From IMG/VR virus record IMGVR_UViG_3300030329_003387: a DNA stretch of 64,000 bases; one strand, given 5' to 3'. Positions 29,452 through 37,326 of the stretch are shown here, in pieces. Position numbers and translations under genes: made by a program. Below the pieces are notes generated by a model that saw only the letters and a program-made list of their open reading frames with translations, was not told the origin of the DNA and searched no databases. The stretch comes from a virus. Positions within the stretch are counted from its first letter, which is position 1. Every line of letters begins with the position of its first letter.

Positions 29452-30214
29452 ACCTGTTTTACTTATAGGCTCTGGTCCAGCTATAGATGAGTATCTTACA
29501 CCGGAGATAGCAAGTAAATATTTTACATTGTGTACCGGAAGGGCTATATATGCGCTAGATCACGTAGATATAGTTACCTGTCTAGATCTGGTCAGGTTCG
29601 TCCATAATATATCTAACTTTTCAGATAGATTTGATCACTTTTTAGTTCCTCACTGCCTAACCACCAGATTCTGGACTGGAAGCAAGTCTGGAATACTAGA
29701 GGTCACGAACACGACTCCTATCTACACTTTTAACACTGGAGCTAGCAGTCCAAGCTCAACAAAAGATTGGTCGGACGTTCAGTACACATACAAAAAAAGC
29801 CCAAAGCACGCAAAGATGTTAGCTCACATGAGCCAGTTTGAAAGCTACAAAAAACAAATGGGCGTTAACGAAGGGTGTACAATATTGCACCCGCATGTAG
29901 CTTACGAAAATGTACTTAGGGTACTGTCGATCTCTTCCACATTATCGCAAAAGATAGAGATGTTTTTGAGAGAAGATGTCGATTTAACACATTGCCCTAT
30001 AGATCAGTTTTTATTAAAAGACAATACTCTGAGAAATCACTGTAGTTGTTTGCACTTCTTAATAAACTGGCTTTGGCTAAAAGGAGTTAATAAAGTGCAT
30101 ACAATTGGCATAACAAGAGAGTATGAAGGTTGGGGACACACAAGACAGTTATTTGATTTTTACGGTATCAATTTTACTATGATGGAAGACTTTGGCGGAG
30201 AAATAAAATTATGA
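29423..30214 (+). CDS. hypothetical protein, possible Maf/sialyltransferase-like transferase
   Basis: VLLIGSGPAI N-terminus and GVNKVHTIG near the C-terminus; context. Confidence 0.45.
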   Translation: MVLEEVQINKPVLLIGSGPAIDEYLTPEIASKYFTLCTGRAIYALDHVDIVTCLDLVRFVHNISNFSDRFDHFLVPHCLTTRFWTGSKSGILEVTNTTPIYTFNTGASSPSSTKDWSDVQYTYKKSPKHAKMLAHMSQFESYKKQMGVNEGCTILHPHVAYENVLRVLSISSTLSQKIEMFLREDVDLTHCPIDQFLLKDNTLRNHCSCLHFLINWLWLKGVNKVHTIGITREYEGWGHTRQLFDFYGINFTMMEDFGGEIKL

Positions 30215-30681
30215 TTTTAATATCTCATAGAGGTAACGTTTACGGTCCAGAACCTAGATTAGAAAACAGTCCTGTCTATATAAACTCTGCCTTGCAAGAA
30301 AATTACTTTGTAGAAATAGATGTGTGGAAAATAAAAGACTCTTGGTTCTTAGGTCACGATGGACCAGCATACGAAACAACCGAAAAGTTTTTAACACAGA
30401 AGAATCTACTAATACACGCTAAAAATTTAGATGCATTAAAATGTTTGTTAGAGCTAGACGTTCACTGCTTTTGGCATCAAGAAGATTTCTATACTATTAC
30501 CAGTAGGGGTTTAATAATTAGTTATCCGGGCTACGCTACTGGCGAAAATGTTATTTGCATGAAACCTGAGCTTATATCAATGGACACAATACGTGACTGC
30601 CATGCAATATGTTCAGATTATGTAGGAATTTATAAAGATAAAAAGCCAGAAATCAAGGTGGGTTTTAGTGAAACACGCTGA
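30211..30681 (+). CDS. short GDPD-like phosphodiesterase
   Basis: LISHRGN, EN, VEIDVW, LGHD, HAKN. Confidence 0.75.
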   Translation: MILISHRGNVYGPEPRLENSPVYINSALQENYFVEIDVWKIKDSWFLGHDGPAYETTEKFLTQKNLLIHAKNLDALKCLLELDVHCFWHQEDFYTITSRGLIISYPGYATGENVICMKPELISMDTIRDCHAICSDYVGIYKDKKPEIKVGFSETR

Positions 30682-31462
30682 CGTAACGATTGTCATACAA
30701 GGTCCTTCTGTTAGCGTATCTGGAAAACTGGGTGCTGCATTTAGAAATTTAGAAAACTACAGCAAGCACGTTGGCAATATTGTAATATCAACTTGGGATG
30801 ACAGCAAAGTAAAGCCGTCAAAAAGGATGCTAAGCAGGCTTGGTATCAAGTATGTTGAAGATTCTAAAGATCATTATAAGAATCATTACAACAACTCTAA
30901 TATAGCATACCAATCTGCAACTTCACTAAATGGATTAAAACTTGTTAAAACCAAATACGCTATAAAAGTAAGGTGTGACGAAAAGTATACCGATATTTCT
31001 AAATTTATAGAGGTAATGAAAAGCGCGCCAGAAAAAATAACGACTAGCAATTTTCTGTTTACTTCTGATGACTTTAGTCAATTCCACATATCCGATCACG
31101 TAATTGGAGGCAAGACGGAAAACTTGATAGGAATGTTTGATAATGCGTCCATGCTATGCAAACACTACGCTAATAAGACAGACCCTATAACAGGAAGTGA
31201 CTTAGCTATAGACAACTACAGAAATGGAAAAACAAAAAACGACGAAATATCACCAGAGTCACTTTTGTTTTTGTGCTTCCTAGCTTATAAAGAAATTGAA
31301 ATAGACTGTTCAAAGTCTATAGAAATAATGAATAATAATTGCCAACTTGTTGAATTAACAGATATGGGAGACTTTCTTTGCCATATGTCTTGTATACCCT
31401 ATACAAATTACGATAGGGTATTAGAGGACACGGCTACTATAACATCAATGAACGATCTATGA
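30668..31462 (+). CDS. WavE-like LPS/glycan synthesis protein
   Basis: VTIVIQGP, IVISTW, YQ...SLNGLK.VKTKYAIKVRCD, FHISDH, PES. Confidence 0.78.
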   Translation: MKHADVTIVIQGPSVSVSGKLGAAFRNLENYSKHVGNIVISTWDDSKVKPSKRMLSRLGIKYVEDSKDHYKNHYNNSNIAYQSATSLNGLKLVKTKYAIKVRCDEKYTDISKFIEVMKSAPEKITTSNFLFTSDDFSQFHISDHVIGGKTENLIGMFDNASMLCKHYANKTDPITGSDLAIDNYRNGKTKNDEISPESLLFLCFLAYKEIEIDCSKSIEIMNNNCQLVELTDMGDFLCHMSCIPYTNYDRVLEDTATITSMNDL

Positions 31463-31593
31463 CCAGAAGTAAAGATATAGGTTTTATATTTTTAATGTCA
31501 CTCTTAATTACAGTGCAATTTCCAGTCGAACAATCCACTTGTATATTTTTAGCTTTCGTAGCTTACAGGAGAAAAAAATGCCTAAAATATTAG
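31459..31593 (+). CDS. 44-aa hydrophobic small protein (below ORF-track cutoff)
   Basis: MTRSKDIGFIFLMSLLITVQFPVEQSTCIFLAFVAYRRKKCLKY*. ATGA overlap with the WavE stop; overlaps the next start. Confidence 0.45.
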   Translation: MTRSKDIGFIFLMSLLITVQFPVEQSTCIFLAFVAYRRKKCLKY

Positions 31594-32513
31594 TTACAGG
31601 AGGTGGCGGGTACGTAGGAAACGTATTGTGCCGACATCTATTAGACAAAGGTTATGAAGTAAAGTGTGTTGACAACTTTCATAAGGGTCAATGTGACGCA
31701 ATTATTCCGTTAGCAACAAATCCAAGATTTGAGTTTGAATATGGCGATGTAACCGTCTTGGAACAAATGAAGGAGGCTGTACGTGGGTGTGACGCTATTA
31801 TTCATCTCGCTGCTATTGTTGGCTTTCCGGCTTGCAAATCCCAGCCCGCTTTGGCAACGGCGGTAAACGTAGAAGGCACTAGAAATATTATTTTCGCAAG
31901 AGAGGCTTACAACCCTAAGATTCCTCTTGTTTATGCGTCCACAGGCAGCGTGTACGGTAAGGTGGAGGATATTTGCACAGAAGAGTCCGCACTCAACGCT
32001 GTATCGCTTTACGGGGTAAATAAGAAGGTTGCAGAAGAGATGGTGGGAACACAAGAAAACACTGTTTCTTTTAGGTTCGCTACTGGGTTTGGTGTCAGCC
32101 CATGTATGCGGGTGAATTTGCTCGTAAACGATTTTGTGTATCAGGCTATGACGAATAAGATACTGACTATTTTTCAAGCAGATTTTCGCAGAACTTTTAT
32201 TCATGTAAGAGACATGGCAAAAGCTTTCACTATGGGTGTGGAAAACATGGGTAACTGGAAACACAAAGTTTACAACTGCGGAGCTAACCATTTGAATTGG
32301 ACAAAAAGGGAACTCGCAGAATATGTAAAAGAACAGACAGGATGTTTTGTTCATTATGAAGAAATTGGCAAAGATGCTGACCAAAGAGACTACGAAGTGA
32401 GTTATGATAAACTAGAAGCCGAAGGGTTTAAGTGCGACGTAGACATGAAGACTGGCATCAATGAATTAATTAAAGTAGCACCTATTTTACAAATTAGGCA
32501 TCAATACTCATGA
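31578..32513 (+). CDS. NAD-dependent epimerase/dehydratase
   Basis: ILVTGGGGYVG, HLAAIVG, ASTGSVYG, YGVNK; AGGAGA RBS before ATG 31578. Confidence 0.9.
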   Translation: MPKILVTGGGGYVGNVLCRHLLDKGYEVKCVDNFHKGQCDAIIPLATNPRFEFEYGDVTVLEQMKEAVRGCDAIIHLAAIVGFPACKSQPALATAVNVEGTRNIIFAREAYNPKIPLVYASTGSVYGKVEDICTEESALNAVSLYGVNKKVAEEMVGTQENTVSFRFATGFGVSPCMRVNLLVNDFVYQAMTNKILTIFQADFRRTFIHVRDMAKAFTMGVENMGNWKHKVYNCGANHLNWTKRELAEYVKEQTGCFVHYEEIGKDADQRDYEVSYDKLEAEGFKCDVDMKTGINELIKVAPILQIRHQYS

Positions 32514-33466
32514 TAGATTTAAAAGATTCAAAAGTATTAGTAACTGGTGGCACTGGTTTTTTTGGAAGGGGTATATGCAAAGCCTTAGAGACTAGAGGTG
32601 TAGAAGAAATTATAGAGGTCAATTCTGACGTTGTAAATCTAATGGACATTGAAGCTACCATAATGTTTTTGGATTCAACCAGACCAGACTATTGCATACA
32701 CGCAGCTGGATATAACGGCGGGATTGAATTCAACAGAATGTATCCTGCTGACATTCTTTACGCAAATACAGTCATGGGATTAAATTTACATCATGCGTGC
32801 GAATATATGAAAGTTAAAAAGGTTCTCTCTATTATGACTTCTTGCGCCTACCCAGACACAGGCATGGAGTTGTTAAAAGAAGAAACTTTTTGGAATGGAC
32901 TTCCTAACAAAACAATCAGAGCGCATGGTATTGCAAAGAGAACACTACAAGCAGCAGCCGAAGCGTATGAAGATCAATACGATTTAAAATCAGTGACAGC
33001 TTGTGTAACAAATTTATACGGCCCGCACGACACATTTAACTTAGTTAGGACTAAGGTGGTTGGTGCTTTGATAAGAAAATTTGTTGAAGCCGTAATAGAG
33101 GAGGAAGATGAGGTTGAATGTTGGGGTACTGGCGCTCCTATGAGAGAGTTTATGTATGTAGACGACGCCGGTGAAGCAGTTGTGCAAGCTTTAGAAAAGT
33201 ACGACGACAGCTCAACACCTCTCAATATTGGAACAGGAAATGACATCAGCATAAAAGAACTTGTTGACTATATAGTGTCTGCCGTGGAGTATGAGGGCGA
33301 TGTTTTTTGGAATACAGAAAAGCCTGACGGACAAATGAAAAAGCTATTAGATACTTCAAGAATGAAAGAAATAATCAACTTGGAACCAATATCCGTTAAA
33401 GACGGTATAGAAAAAACCATAGAGTGGTATATATCAAACAAAGAAAAAGCAGATGCAAAAAATTAA
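32510..33466 (+). CDS. GDP-L-fucose synthase (Fcl/WcaG)-like epimerase/reductase with atypical active site
   Basis: GGTGFFG, GGIEFN..PADILYAN, SCAYP, NLYGPHD.F, WGTGAPMREFMYVDD, KPDGQ. Confidence 0.85.
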   Translation: MIDLKDSKVLVTGGTGFFGRGICKALETRGVEEIIEVNSDVVNLMDIEATIMFLDSTRPDYCIHAAGYNGGIEFNRMYPADILYANTVMGLNLHHACEYMKVKKVLSIMTSCAYPDTGMELLKEETFWNGLPNKTIRAHGIAKRTLQAAAEAYEDQYDLKSVTACVTNLYGPHDTFNLVRTKVVGALIRKFVEAVIEEEDEVECWGTGAPMREFMYVDDAGEAVVQALEKYDDSSTPLNIGTGNDISIKELVDYIVSAVEYEGDVFWNTEKPDGQMKKLLDTSRMKEIINLEPISVKDGIEKTIEWYISNKEKADAKN

Positions 33467-33929
33467 TAAAGTTGGTGTAGTTATAGATGACTTAAGCGCC
33501 GGTCAACTATCATACCACATCATAAAAAATATAAATAACTATGTAGAAGAAAGCTCTACAGACTTTGTTGCGTTCTTTCAAAACTCAACCTCAAACATGA
33601 TGCCAATGACTTTTTCGTCTATGTGCATAAATGAGATTTGGAATTTTGACGGAGCGGCAATAGCGACCTCAGTTTCAACAGCTCTCGCAATATCAAAAAC
33701 GTTTTCTCCTAGAAGAAAGTATTTTTACGTTTGGGATCTAGAGTGGTGCAGAAGAAACGGTAGGGAGTTTGAATACAACGTCCAAGCTTTTAACAAACAA
33801 GATATAAATCTAATAGCAAGAAGCGAAGATCATGCTAAAGCTATTAAAAACTATTGCAATAGAGACGTTGTCGGCGTTGTAGAAAATTTTAACATCAACA
33901 AACTAATGGAAATAATTAATCATGAGTAA
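33453..33929 (+). CDS. hypothetical protein resembling an isolated GT-B N-terminal lobe
   Basis: D.AAIATS.STA...KYFYVWDLE resembles the WsaF-type IAT...TA...YFIQD.E segment. Confidence 0.5.
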   Translation: MQKINKVGVVIDDLSAGQLSYHIIKNINNYVEESSTDFVAFFQNSTSNMMPMTFSSMCINEIWNFDGAAIATSVSTALAISKTFSPRRKYFYVWDLEWCRRNGREFEYNVQAFNKQDINLIARSEDHAKAIKNYCNRDVVGVVENFNINKLMEIINHE

Positions 33930-34710
33930 TCAATTTTTAGAGAAGTACAAAGAGTACATCATAGATCAGTATGTAAATCAAAAAAAGAGTACATACGAAA
34001 TAGCTCAGGACATTGGTACTTATCCAAATAAGATCAGAAGAACGCTAAACACTTTGGGTGTTGATCTTAGGGATAGGAGTTCTGCGCAAACAGTGGCTAT
34101 TGAGACCGGAAGACACGAACATCCCACCAGAGGTAAAAAACGAACTGAAGCTGAAAAGATAGCCATCAGTAATGGCATGTCTAACTTTTGGGACAACATG
34201 GAAGAGACCGAAAGAGAGCGTCGATCAAAGATTTCTAAGGAGCAATGGGCTTCAATGTCTGAAGAAGACAAAGCAAATCTCAGAAGGCTTGCCGCTGAAG
34301 CTGTACGCAAGGCCAGTAAAGAGGGATCAAAAATAGAAAAATTTATCTGTGAAGGCTTGACGGGTGCTGGTTATGATGTTATATTTCACAAAAAGGGACT
34401 AATTCCTAACGAAAATATGGAAGTTGACTTATTTGTGCCGGGGATTAAAACCGCTATAGAAATAGACGGCCCTGCTCACTTTCTTCCCATTTGGGGAGAA
34501 GAAAGCCTACAGAAGCATATACGTGCAGACGCTCAAAAGGCCGGTATGCTTATTAATAGGGGTTACGTTGTTCTCCGTGTCAAAAACTTGATTAAAAACA
34601 TCTCCCAGAAGCGAATGAGAGATATTCTCAATCAAGTTATTGGGGAGCTTTCAAAAATTGAAAACAAATTTCCCCCTCAGTCGAAAAGACTCATTGAAAT
34701 AGAAACATGA
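33922..34710 (+). CDS. DUF559/Vsr-like endonuclease with HTH and NUMOD3-like DNA-binding segments (homing-endonuclease-like)
   Basis: STYEIAQDIG...IRRTL (HTH), GKKRTEAEKIAIS, EVDLFVP...AIEIDGPAH...DAQK...GYVVLRV. Confidence 0.75.
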   Translation: MSNQFLEKYKEYIIDQYVNQKKSTYEIAQDIGTYPNKIRRTLNTLGVDLRDRSSAQTVAIETGRHEHPTRGKKRTEAEKIAISNGMSNFWDNMEETERERRSKISKEQWASMSEEDKANLRRLAAEAVRKASKEGSKIEKFICEGLTGAGYDVIFHKKGLIPNENMEVDLFVPGIKTAIEIDGPAHFLPIWGEESLQKHIRADAQKAGMLINRGYVVLRVKNLIKNISQKRMRDILNQVIGELSKIENKFPPQSKRLIEIET

Positions 34711-35561
34711 TAGATTATAATAAAAAAAACATTGCAGAACTAAAGCAGATACTGGAAGATCACAACTGTGCGATTCCCAGCGGTGCAAAAAAAGCCGATT
34801 TAGTAAAATTAATTGAGGAAATCATGTCAGAGAATACATTGTTCGACGAAGTCTTTGAAGAGGAATCTTCAGAGCAAGAAGTTCAGGAGCAAAATCTAGC
34901 TCCGGTAATCGGGTCTCCAGAGTGGAACGATTACGTCATGAGTCACTTTCAGTCTAACGAGCTTATAGATGGAAATCCTATTTGCGCTGGTCTTAGACGT
35001 GTTGCTGAGGATTTGTTAGGTGACATTGTAGAGTCTGGGCCGGTTGAGGTTTTTCCTGCTACAGATAGCAATGGGCCGGGAAGAGCTACTGTTGTTTATC
35101 AAGTTATATTCAACTGGGGAAATGCGGGTGTATACAAGACCTTTAAGGAGGTCGCTGATGTATGGCATGGAAATACAGACGACCTGTTCTGTGCGCATCC
35201 TGTAGCTACTGCAAGCACAAGAGCTGAAGGTAGAGCCTTGAGAAAGGCGTTGAAGCTTAGATGCCTAGCGGCAGAAGAGCTTGCTAAAAAAGATATTGTG
35301 GAGATAGTTCAACAGGCTGTTTCCACTCCAGATCAAGATGGTAGAGTTAGTCAACAACAAATTCAATTTATAGACACTAAGTGTAGCCAGCTTGATATAA
35401 ATATGTTAGAATTTATAAACATCGGAGAGAACAAATATAGAAGTATCAATGATGTTGATAAAGATTGTGCTAAGTTGATGATTAAACATCTGAACAATTA
35501 TCAAAACGGCAATACGGAAATTCCAGAATCCATTAAAGGCTATAAGAATTGGAGAAGCTAA
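34707..35561 (+). CDS. Rad52/Sak-like single-strand annealing protein with N-terminal HeH/LEM-like motif
   Basis: N-terminal NIAELKQIL...AKKADLVKLI; ASTRAEGRALRKAL core; C-terminal SQQQIQFI. Confidence 0.6.
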   Translation: MIDYNKKNIAELKQILEDHNCAIPSGAKKADLVKLIEEIMSENTLFDEVFEEESSEQEVQEQNLAPVIGSPEWNDYVMSHFQSNELIDGNPICAGLRRVAEDLLGDIVESGPVEVFPATDSNGPGRATVVYQVIFNWGNAGVYKTFKEVADVWHGNTDDLFCAHPVATASTRAEGRALRKALKLRCLAAEELAKKDIVEIVQQAVSTPDQDGRVSQQQIQFIDTKCSQLDINMLEFINIGENKYRSINDVDKDCAKLMIKHLNNYQNGNTEIPESIKGYKNWRS

Positions 35562-35897
35562 ATGAAAGTTAATTACACAAACAGCACCGGAAGAATCAGT
35601 GCAGAAATTATTGCAGATACTCAAGTTGAAGTTTTTGAGCAACTAGCTCATTTTCAAGAAATCTTTGATGAATCTGCCTGTGGCAAATGTGGAAGTGAGA
35701 ATATTCGTTTTCAAGTTCGCACAGTAGAAGATAATCTTTACTACGAACTTCGTTGTATGGATTGCGGCGCAAAGCTAGCATTTGGAACAATGAAGAAGGG
35801 TGGAAGACTGTTTCCACGACGTAAAGATAAGGAAGGAAACTGGCTAAACGACCGTGGATGGGTTAAATGGAACCCTGATACACAACAGGAAGAATAG
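35562..35897 (+). CDS. zinc-ribbon hypothetical protein
   Basis: CGKCGS and CMDCGA pairs. Confidence 0.7.
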   Translation: MKVNYTNSTGRISAEIIADTQVEVFEQLAHFQEIFDESACGKCGSENIRFQVRTVEDNLYYELRCMDCGAKLAFGTMKKGGRLFPRRKDKEGNWLNDRGWVKWNPDTQQEE

Positions 35898-35904
35898 TCG
35901 GTGG

Positions 35905-35946
35905 ACAAAAGAAAAGCCCGTCTCTTATGAGTCGGGCTTTTTTTGT
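35905..35946. terminator. bidirectional rho-independent terminator
   Basis: A-tract, stem AAAAGCCCG-T-CTC, loop TTAT, GAG-T-CGGGCTTTT, T-tract; sits between the convergent gene blocks. Confidence 0.88.
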
Positions 35947-35970
35947 GAAGTTAGCGGGTGCAATATGGGT

Positions 35971-36681
35971 TTATAGATATTCTAACTCCACGTATAGTCC
36001 ATATAGGGTTTTACTTCCAACGCTGTCTGGAGATGCGGAAATTCCAACATACCAGTCATGTTGTGTGTATTGCCCTGTGTTAGATGAACCATCTCCAGCA
36101 AAAATACCACTAGGGCCGGGAGATTGTGCTAATGGGACGAAAATGCCACTACCACCTACGGTATTAGTACCAGCAGGAAGTCTGCTGCTTGGATTGGGAG
36201 AACCCTGAAACGAGCCTTGAGCATCTGTTCCAGTATGGGTTGAGCCTCCCCACCAAAGTGCATCTCCAGAACCTTCTATACTATAGGAAGAAGATGGATG
36301 TAGAAGTTCGCACGCCCTAGTAATTACACCACTAGCTGGGTGATCTTTATTTGTTCTATCGAATATTCTTAATTTACAGTTTTGCGTTCTAACAGCCGTG
36401 CTATTTGTAAATCTAATATTAGCTGTTGCTTTTTCATTTGGTATGTATCTTAAACCTGTGGCTGGAACTATGCCAGCAGCAAAACCTAGACTGTCTGTTG
36501 AGTATTTTACATTGTTTGCAGCACCACCCTGTACAGTACCATTTCCGTCTGTAATAAAGGTTGTGTCTTGAAATTTGTTGATTTCTACCGATGCACCAAA
36601 AGAACCACCAAAAAACCCTAACCCAGATCCTGACAGGTGATTTACAACTGTGTTACCAGCATAAAAACTTATTGAAGCCAT
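35971..36681 (-). CDS. putative virion structural protein
   Basis: Gly/Ser-rich beta-type sequence, strong AGGAGAG RBS, last gene of the tail block. Confidence 0.6.
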   Translation of the reverse strand: MASISFYAGNTVVNHLSGSGLGFFGGSFGASVEINKFQDTTFITDGNGTVQGGAANNVKYSTDSLGFAAGIVPATGLRYIPNEKATANIRFTNSTAVRTQNCKLRIFDRTNKDHPASGVITRACELLHPSSSYSIEGSGDALWWGGSTHTGTDAQGSFQGSPNPSSRLPAGTNTVGGSGIFVPLAQSPGPSGIFAGDGSSNTGQYTQHDWYVGISASPDSVGSKTLYGLYVELEYL

Positions 36682-36704
36682 ATTTCTCTCTCCTATGGAG
36701 GTTA

Positions 36705-36724
36705 TCTACTATAATATTATACAC
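36705..36724 (-). promoter_or_regulatory. candidate promoter (TATAAT) for the 236-aa gene
   Basis: Minus strand reads GTGTATAATATTATAGTAGA in the intergenic gap; contains the palindrome TATAATATTATA (36710-36721). Confidence 0.45.
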
Positions 36725-36726
36725 CA

Positions 36727-37302
36727 TTATTCAAAAAAGCCTTTTGTTTTCTTTTTCTTCCCATATGGGAACAATTTGTTTAATTTACTTTGCCTTTCCT
36801 TGCATCCACAGTCTTTATCCATAGCGTTAAATACTGTATCTACTGCGGCTTTTATTCCAGTAGCTTTAGTTATTTTCGCAACCGTGTCACCCAAACCTCT
36901 AGATTTTTTAGGTATATTGGGGTCTGACATAAAATAGTCTCTTTCGAGTATTTCTTTATCTTTTTCCTCTTTCTCTTTTTCTATTTTTGTGCCTTCCTTC
37001 ATGACATTTTCATACATGCTTTGCATTGGGCCTCTACCCTGCTCCCAAAGATCAAAATAATCTTTTCTCTTCTTGCATAGCTGTACAAGGTCTGGAGTTT
37101 TCCAGCACTTATGCCTATCACAAAATACGCCACTAGAATCTTCTTCTGAACTGCACGCACATGGAGTTAGGCCACCATTTATAACAACTTCTTCTACATG
37201 TGGCAGTTCTCCGTCGTCTCCAAAGAAACCTTTACTCCTGTGAGTAGGAGGTTTACTTCCATGAGAATTTAACCATTTTTTATTACATCCATTACAAGCC
37301 AT
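36727..37302 (-). CDS. Cys-rich hypothetical protein
   Basis: CNGC, CAC...CDRHKC...C, and C-terminal GLGDTVAKIT...CGCKERQ.KLN. Confidence 0.7.
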   Translation of the reverse strand: MACNGCNKKWLNSHGSKPPTHRSKGFFGDDGELPHVEEVVINGGLTPCACSSEEDSSGVFCDRHKCWKTPDLVQLCKKRKDYFDLWEQGRGPMQSMYENVMKEGTKIEKEKEEKDKEILERDYFMSDPNIPKKSRGLGDTVAKITKATGIKAAVDTVFNAMDKDCGCKERQSKLNKLFPYGKKKKTKGFFE

Positions 37303-37326
37303 TTTATATTTCCTTAATTACCAGTA

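Noticed and set aside
31710-32384. 224-aa antisense ORF
   Set aside because: Lies entirely opposite a well-conserved SDR gene and has no recognisable motifs; shadow ORF.
6376-33929. Bacterial chromosomal capsule/O-antigen locus
   Set aside because: No export, polymerase or priming genes seen; flanked by and coupled to phage replication and tail genes.
35927-36937. Plus-strand ORFs 35927-36208, 36591-36824 and 36695-36937
   Set aside because: They overlap the terminator or are antisense to better-supported minus-strand genes.
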